From positions 48,236-112,235 of the forward strand of contig CP066685.1 of the NCBI GenBank assembly GCA_016432345.1: 64,000 nucleotides of DNA, written 5' to 3'. Origin of the DNA: Candidatus Levyibacteriota bacterium. Its GTDB lineage: Bacteria; Patescibacteriota; Microgenomatia; Levybacterales; UBA12049. Made by a program: the position numbers and the translations under genes. Each line of letters starts with the position of its first letter. Positions within the stretch are counted from its first letter, which is position 1. A model generated the notes under the pieces. The model saw nothing but the letters and a program-made list of their open reading frames with translations, was not told the DNA's origin and ran no database searches. This document shows positions 58,614 to 64,000 of this stretch, piece after piece.

Positions 58614-59708
58614 TTATCGTAAATCGAGGGTTGAGCTTTTGTAGGTAAAGTTTTTGGGTTTGATAATGACTTGTCGTTCTCCTTCTGTGATATATCCTCC
58701 ATTGATACTTTCAAAACCATTTTCTTTGACAATACTTTGTGCTTTTGCAATGTCTGCCTCGGGTAAAAATATGGCATAGTCTTGTCCCATGTTGTATGTT
58801 TGGTACATTTCAAAATCAGAAAGTTCGGCATGTTGTTGGATAAAATTAAATACTTCTTGGGGACGGAAAATATTTTCAATTGTGTAGGTAAAATTTCCCC
58901 GAGCCCGCATAACTTTTCGTACACCATGGCCGGTAATATTACTTATATAATGGATGTCTATTTCGCTATTAAGCAAATCTTGGACAAGTTTTGCATAGAT
59001 ATTTGTTTTGGTTAGTAATGCTTCTCCGTAGGGTGTTCCGTTCGATAGTTTTGTAGCATATCCCTCGGGAAGTTTTTTTGCAACTGCTCTGGCCAGTGAT
59101 AATCCATTCGCGTTTATGCCATTACTTTTTAATAGGAGAATTCTGTCTCCACTTTTTAACCTTTCTCCTCTTAGTCTTTTGTTGTCGTTTGTTATTGCTC
59201 CTATCGCTGATCCGCCTAGATCAATAGTGTCTGGAGTAATAATTCCTTTAAGTGTTGGAGTTTCTCCTCCGCCCCATGCAGTACCCGATATGTCACAAGC
59301 GTCTTTCCACCCCTTTATTAAATCTTTCATTCTTTCTTCGTCTTGAAGCCAAGAATTATCTTCAATTGCCCAATAAGCGTGAATTACAAAAGGCTTTGCA
59401 CCTACAGTTATTAGATCGTTAATTATTGTTGCAACTGTATCATGCCCAATAATATCGTAATACGTTTTATTGCTAATTTTTCTCATCTCATCCGCGACAA
59501 GATTTTTTGTTCCTAAGCCTTCAATTACAGAAGCCATAAAAGACTTATCACGAAGTTGCCATACAAATGCGGATTCACCCAAACTATCAGATATTTCTTC
59601 ATAACCTGCTTTTTTAAGATGACTAATAGTTTGTGCCGCAGCAGTCTGCGCCAGTTTTTTAATTGGGTCTTTGGTATCGTAATTGTCACCAACTTGCGCG
59701 TAGTTCAT
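58614..59708 (-). CDS. purM: AIR synthase (phosphoribosylformylglycinamidine cyclo-ligase)
   Basis: EGLGTK, NDL, GGET, SNGINANG, NITGHG, TYNMG. Confidence 0.88.
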   Translation of the reverse strand: MNYAQVGDNYDTKDPIKKLAQTAAAQTISHLKKAGYEEISDSLGESAFVWQLRDKSFMASVIEGLGTKNLVADEMRKISNKTYYDIIGHDTVATIINDLITVGAKPFVIHAYWAIEDNSWLQDEERMKDLIKGWKDACDISGTAWGGGETPTLKGIITPDTIDLGGSAIGAITNDNKRLRGERLKSGDRILLLKSNGINANGLSLARAVAKKLPEGYATKLSNGTPYGEALLTKTNIYAKLVQDLLNSEIDIHYISNITGHGVRKVMRARGNFTYTIENIFRPQEVFNFIQQHAELSDFEMYQTYNMGQDYAIFLPEADIAKAQSIVKENGFESINGGYITEGERQVIIKPKNFTYKSSTLDLR

Positions 59709-59711
59709 ATG

Positions 59712-60506
59712 TTAAGCTTTCTGTACATAGTTTATCATGTTTTCAAAGATGGTGAGACCAGCTGGTTTTGTTATCTGCTCGCTTGCGGACATTCGGCGCC
59801 AGTTGGGGTGGTTGGTAATGTGGTTAAATTTTTCCGGATGGGGCATTAGACCTAAAATTCTGCCAGTTGGGTCACAAATGCCGGCAATGGCATTAATAGA
59901 TCCATTTGGATTTTCTGGATAATTTTGGGTTGGTTTACTGTTCGCATCGACATAGCGAAAGACAACCAAATTTTCATCCTCGATTTTTTGTATCATATCG
60001 GGTGTTGCTAAGAATTTACCTTCTCCATGATTGACAGAAACATCTGTTATTAATTCCGCATTTTTCAGAAAGACACAAGCACTTTTTTCCTGTTTTATCT
60101 TTACCCACCTGCATTGAAATAGACCAGATTCATTATTGGTTAAGGTCGCATTTATAGTGCCTATGTTTCCAAATGGTAAAAGACCTGTGAGGATAAGTAC
60201 CTGGAAGCCGTTACATATACCTATAACAAGTGTATCTTTACGTTCAACAAATTTTTTAAGTTCATCAGAAAAAAATGATATCAGCTCAACTGCTAAAATT
60301 TTCCCAGATACAATATCATCTCCGTATGCAAAACCGCCAGGGAGGGCGAGAATATTGAAGTCACGAAACTTTTTTTCTTTGTTTCGTAACTGATTAACAT
60401 GGACAATTTCGGCATTGCCGCCGCTTACATTAAATGCAAAGGCTAATTCTTCATCGCAGTTTGTCCCATCTGCTTTTAGCACTAAAACCTTTGGTTTTAT
60501 TTTCAT
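59712..60506 (-). CDS. purQ: FGAM synthase glutaminase subunit
   Basis: GTNCD, PGGFAYGD, GICNGFQ, HGEG, MPHPE. Confidence 0.94.
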   Translation of the reverse strand: MKIKPKVLVLKADGTNCDEELAFAFNVSGGNAEIVHVNQLRNKEKKFRDFNILALPGGFAYGDDIVSGKILAVELISFFSDELKKFVERKDTLVIGICNGFQVLILTGLLPFGNIGTINATLTNNESGLFQCRWVKIKQEKSACVFLKNAELITDVSVNHGEGKFLATPDMIQKIEDENLVVFRYVDANSKPTQNYPENPNGSINAIAGICDPTGRILGLMPHPEKFNHITNHPNWRRMSASEQITKPAGLTIFENMINYVQKA

Positions 60507-63352
60507 CCAAAAATCTCCTTCATCGGTTTTTGCCAGACCTGTTTTAGTTTATCTACATTTGCAGCAAAAAGTGTTGTTTTATCTTGTTTGGTTGATATGA
60601 TTTTTTCTTTTTTTGTTCTCCCTAGAATTATATATGGAACATTTTTAAACAGTGCGCTAGCGATTTTTTCATTTTCCACTTCAACAACAAAACAACCAGC
60701 AGTTTCGTTAAAGAGAAAATTATCTATTTTTGTTTGACCATTTATAATTATTTCTGCGCCCATGTTCCCCCCAACGCACATTTCAAAAAGGCTAGTGATT
60801 GTTCCGCCTTCGCTAATATCGTGGCAAGAAAGGAGAGCATTTTTTTGTATAGCATGGTGAATTGCATCAAGCGTTTTGGGTAGTTGTTGTAAATTAACGT
60901 GTGGGATGCGTCCATCTCCATCAAAATATGTCGAGCCAGCCATTGCCAAAAAATCCATTGCGCCCACAAGATAAATAAGGCTACCATTTTTCTTGAAATC
61001 CGTACTCACCGTTTTTGTCACATCTTTAATTTTGCCAAATGCAGAGATGCATAAAACCGGTGGTATTTTAATAACAGTTCCATCACTCCCTTTGTAAGTT
61101 GAAGAAAGGCTGTCTTTTCCAGAAATAACAGGAATTTGTAAAGTCTTCATAAAATCGCAAACTGCATCAACAGATTTGTCAATTGACCACAATGATTCAC
61201 TATCTGGAAATGGCCAAATATAATTGTTGATAAGAGACGCATCCTTGTAATTTCCGCCAACTGCTACATAGTTAGAAATAGCTTCTGCCGCAGCCCAGAT
61301 GCTTCCCCAATAAGGGTCGATATTATTAAGAATTGGGTTTAATCCATGCGAAACAATTACTCCATATGGTTTTTCAAGGATTGGTCTAACAATAGAAGCA
61401 TCATTTGGGCCATCGAGCAATTCTCCGCTATATGGTTGCATGGCGTTGGTGCCCTGCACCGTGTGGTCATAGCGTCTGACAATTGGTTCTTTTGAGCAAA
61501 TGTTTCCATGAGAGAGGACTTTTTTAAGAATCTCTATCCATCCTCTTTCTGTTTTTGGAGCATTTTGTGTTTTGCCTGCCCGCCGAATTGGAGGAAGTTT
61601 CAAGTTTTTAGTTTTAAGTTCGCGTTTTGCATACAAAACACGTTGTGGCAGACCGTGGTGGAGAAATTCCATATCCAGGCTACAAACAGTTTCTTTGCCA
61701 AAGTAAACTTGAAGTTTTTTACTGCCGTTAAATTTTCCCAAAACCGATGATTCAACATTGTACTTTTTGCAAATCTCTAAAAATTTTTGCAGTTTATTTT
61801 TGGGAATAGCTAAAATCATTCTTTCTTGAGATTCTGCTAGCCAAATTTCCCAAGGAGACAAGCCTTTATATTTAAGCCGTTCATTTTCTAAGTGTACAGA
61901 AACACCTGTATGTTCTCCCATTTCTCCAATTGCCGAGGAAAGTCCTCCGCCGCCGCTATCTTGGATTGCTCGAATGCAATTTTTGTCTCTCGCTTCCAAA
62001 ATTGCATCAAACATCCGTTTTTCTTCGATAGCATTGCCAATTTGGACTGCTTGGGCATTAACATTTATTGTCCGTTCTGTCATTTCTGCGCTTGAAAATG
62101 TAGCGCCGTGAATGCCGTCTCGGCCAACACGGCCGCCAATACTTAAAATTACATCGCCAACTTTTGGTTGTCCTTTTTTGGCGTATTTCTTGGGCATTAT
62201 GCCGTACGCGCCAACTAACACAGTTGGTTTGGCGCGAAAGTCATCGTGGAAATGAAACGAGCCGTTGTTAGTGGGAATTCCCATGCGGTTACCGTAATCT
62301 TTGATCGCAGCAACAACTCGTTTTAAAATATAAGCAGGCGGCAGAGAACCTTTGGGTAATTTTCCTTTATCCATATCCCACGGCGCAAGACAGAAAATAT
62401 CTGTTGAAACAATTGTTTTAGCGCCCTTGCCTGTACCAACAATGTCGCGAAAAACCCCGCCGCTTCCGGTCATTGCCCCGCCATATGGTTCAATGGCAGA
62501 TGGACTGTTATGTGTTTCGCCTTTGCCGCAAATGGCATATCCATCATAAAAATCCATCACTCCAGAATTATCAACAAAAGCAGAGACAATGTGTTTATTG
62601 TGTTTTAAGGCTTCATTTTGTAAGCGTTTTATAAGTGGTTCTTTTTCCGTTCCGTCAACAATAAGTTTGGCTTTAAATGTTTTGTGTCCCGAGTGTTCGC
62701 TCCATGTTTGGGCAAGGGTTTCAAGTTCCAAATCTGTTGGGTCTCGTTTTATGTTTTGAAAATACTTTTGAATTATTTTCATTTCTTCTAAATTTAAAAA
62801 AAGCTTATCGTGGGAAAGATTTAACATTTCCTGGTCGGTCATATCTTGAAGAGGAATAATGGTTGTTTTACCCACAACGCCTTTAATTAAAAGTGTGTCT
62901 GGTTTTTTTCCGACAATGTGTTCAATAAGTGGATTAAAAAGTTTTAGTTTTTCCGCAATTTCAATTGCTTTTTGTCTATTGGTATTACCGTAAAATCCAT
63001 ACTCCCAAGACGAATCAGCGGCTTTAAGTTTTATTCCTAAATTATCTGCGGCCTTTGTGATTGATGCAATTTCGGGGTTCATGACACCTGGCTTATAAGC
63101 TATTTCAATAATTTGGCTGGCATTTTTTAATATTGATTTATTAAGAGTATATGTTTGGTTGATTGGTTCACTAAATAATTTTTCTGCAAGAACTGTCGCT
63201 TCTTTTTCGCTTATGCCTTCAAGTCTATAGACGCGTGCTGTTTTGACCGAAGCAACTTGTTTATTTTTTAGAATATTTAAGATGTCGTGTAGAATTGTTT
63301 CCCCTGGTAGGTCTTTACCAATAATTGTTTGTACTCGAACTGTTTGTATCAT
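60503..63352 (-). CDS. purL: FGAM synthase synthetase subunit with N-terminal PurS-like extension
   Basis: QTWSEH, ETHNSP, GRDGIHGA, SESQER-like, SGKDS, HDISEGG. Confidence 0.94.
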   Translation of the reverse strand: MIQTVRVQTIIGKDLPGETILHDILNILKNKQVASVKTARVYRLEGISEKEATVLAEKLFSEPINQTYTLNKSILKNASQIIEIAYKPGVMNPEIASITKAADNLGIKLKAADSSWEYGFYGNTNRQKAIEIAEKLKLFNPLIEHIVGKKPDTLLIKGVVGKTTIIPLQDMTDQEMLNLSHDKLFLNLEEMKIIQKYFQNIKRDPTDLELETLAQTWSEHSGHKTFKAKLIVDGTEKEPLIKRLQNEALKHNKHIVSAFVDNSGVMDFYDGYAICGKGETHNSPSAIEPYGGAMTGSGGVFRDIVGTGKGAKTIVSTDIFCLAPWDMDKGKLPKGSLPPAYILKRVVAAIKDYGNRMGIPTNNGSFHFHDDFRAKPTVLVGAYGIMPKKYAKKGQPKVGDVILSIGGRVGRDGIHGATFSSAEMTERTINVNAQAVQIGNAIEEKRMFDAILEARDKNCIRAIQDSGGGGLSSAIGEMGEHTGVSVHLENERLKYKGLSPWEIWLAESQERMILAIPKNKLQKFLEICKKYNVESSVLGKFNGSKKLQVYFGKETVCSLDMEFLHHGLPQRVLYAKRELKTKNLKLPPIRRAGKTQNAPKTERGWIEILKKVLSHGNICSKEPIVRRYDHTVQGTNAMQPYSGELLDGPNDASIVRPILEKPYGVIVSHGLNPILNNIDPYWGSIWAAAEAISNYVAVGGNYKDASLINNYIWPFPDSESLWSIDKSVDAVCDFMKTLQIPVISGKDSLSSTYKGSDGTVIKIPPVLCISAFGKIKDVTKTVSTDFKKNGSLIYLVGAMDFLAMAGSTYFDGDGRIPHVNLQQLPKTLDAIHHAIQKNALLSCHDISEGGTITSLFEMCVGGNMGAEIIINGQTKIDNFLFNETAGCFVVEVENEKIASALFKNVPYIILGRTKKEKIISTKQDKTTLFAANVDKLKQVWQKPMKEIFG

Positions 63353-63360
63353 GATTCACT

Positions 63361-64000
63361 TTAGTTATAAAATCGCGAAACATCCCTCCATCCAATATCT
63401 ATTCGGTAATGGAGGTTATTTCCCTCGATATGAATAAACGACATTGCTCGATATGCTCGACGTCTGGCCTCTATAATATTTTTACCCTTTGCAACTATGT
63501 GGAAAATTCTGCCGCCATTGACAAAAAATCGTTTTCCATTCCGTTTGATACCTGCGCCAAAAATTTTGACATTTTTTAATCTGCTTACTTCGTTAATCCC
63601 AAAAATTTCTTTTCCTTTTACCTCATCGTAGTTATCAGGATATCCAGAAGCGCAAGCTGCAATGCTGATCCGCACTTTTTTACTTGGTGAAATTTTTATT
63701 TGTTTTAATTTTTTATCCAGCACGGTCTCGATAATAGTTATGTAATCTTTTGTTATGCCTGGAAGAATAACTTCTGCTTCCGGATCTCCCCAGCGGGCAT
63801 TAAATTCAACCAGTTTTATGCCATTTTCTGTTAGCATGCCGCCAACATACAATATGCCGCTGTATGGTCTGCCTTCAATCCTCATGCCTTTCATAAATGG
63901 TTTAAGAATATCTCTTTCTGCTTCATGGATAATTTTGTTGGTTATTACTCCTGCCCGGGCAACACAACCCATACCGCCGGTGTTGGGTCCCATATCTTTT
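63361..64000 (-). CDS. purD: Phosphoribosylamine--glycine ligase, 3' part
   Basis: GPNTGGMG, EFNARWGDPE, GGR, YRIDIG. Confidence 0.93.
   Translation of the reverse strand, partial: KDMGPNTGGMGCVARAGVITNKIIHEAERDILKPFMKGMRIEGRPYSGILYVGGMLTENGIKLVEFNARWGDPEAEVILPGITKDYITIIETVLDKKLKQIKISPSKKVRISIAACASGYPDNYDEVKGKEIFGINEVSRLKNVKIFGAGIKRNGKRFFVNGGRIFHIVAKGKNIIEARRRAYRAMSFIHIEGNNLHYRIDIGWRDVSRFYN

Overview
AT-rich bacterial chromosome segment. Gene content (tightly overlapping genes, two PBP1A, dprA-comM-yraN-comF, VirB4/HerA-like ATPase, many small membrane proteins) suggests Patescibacteria/CPR, probably Microgenomates (inference); genetic code 11. Left to right: (i) AAA-ATPase, BrnTA and MntA-HepT modules separated by three copies of a ~46-bp direct repeat that ends at tRNA-Ser(GGA); (ii) a tRNA-rich region (all four Ser isoacceptors, Arg-CCG, non-canonical Arg-GCG) with an HrpA-like helicase; (iii) a ~5.6-kb large-serine-recombinase element bounded by a 95-bp duplication containing the whole tRNA-Ser(TGA), with a structured recombinase leader; (iv) competence genes, smpB and a tmRNA with a 33-aa tag; (v) cell-wall and pentose/glycolysis genes; (vi) nrdR, intein-containing nrdJ and B12-salvage genes, followed by a cobalamin-riboswitch-like element; (vii) tRNA-Ile(TAT), a decayed IS481 and an initiator tRNA split by a 200-nt group I intron; (viii) murI/murD, guaBA, ino1 and purD/L/Q/M. 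Overlaid on this is a pervasive family of 7-nt tandem repeats, found both as intergenic palindromes and as in-frame insertions in housekeeping enzymes. All calls are from reading the sequence; no searches were run.
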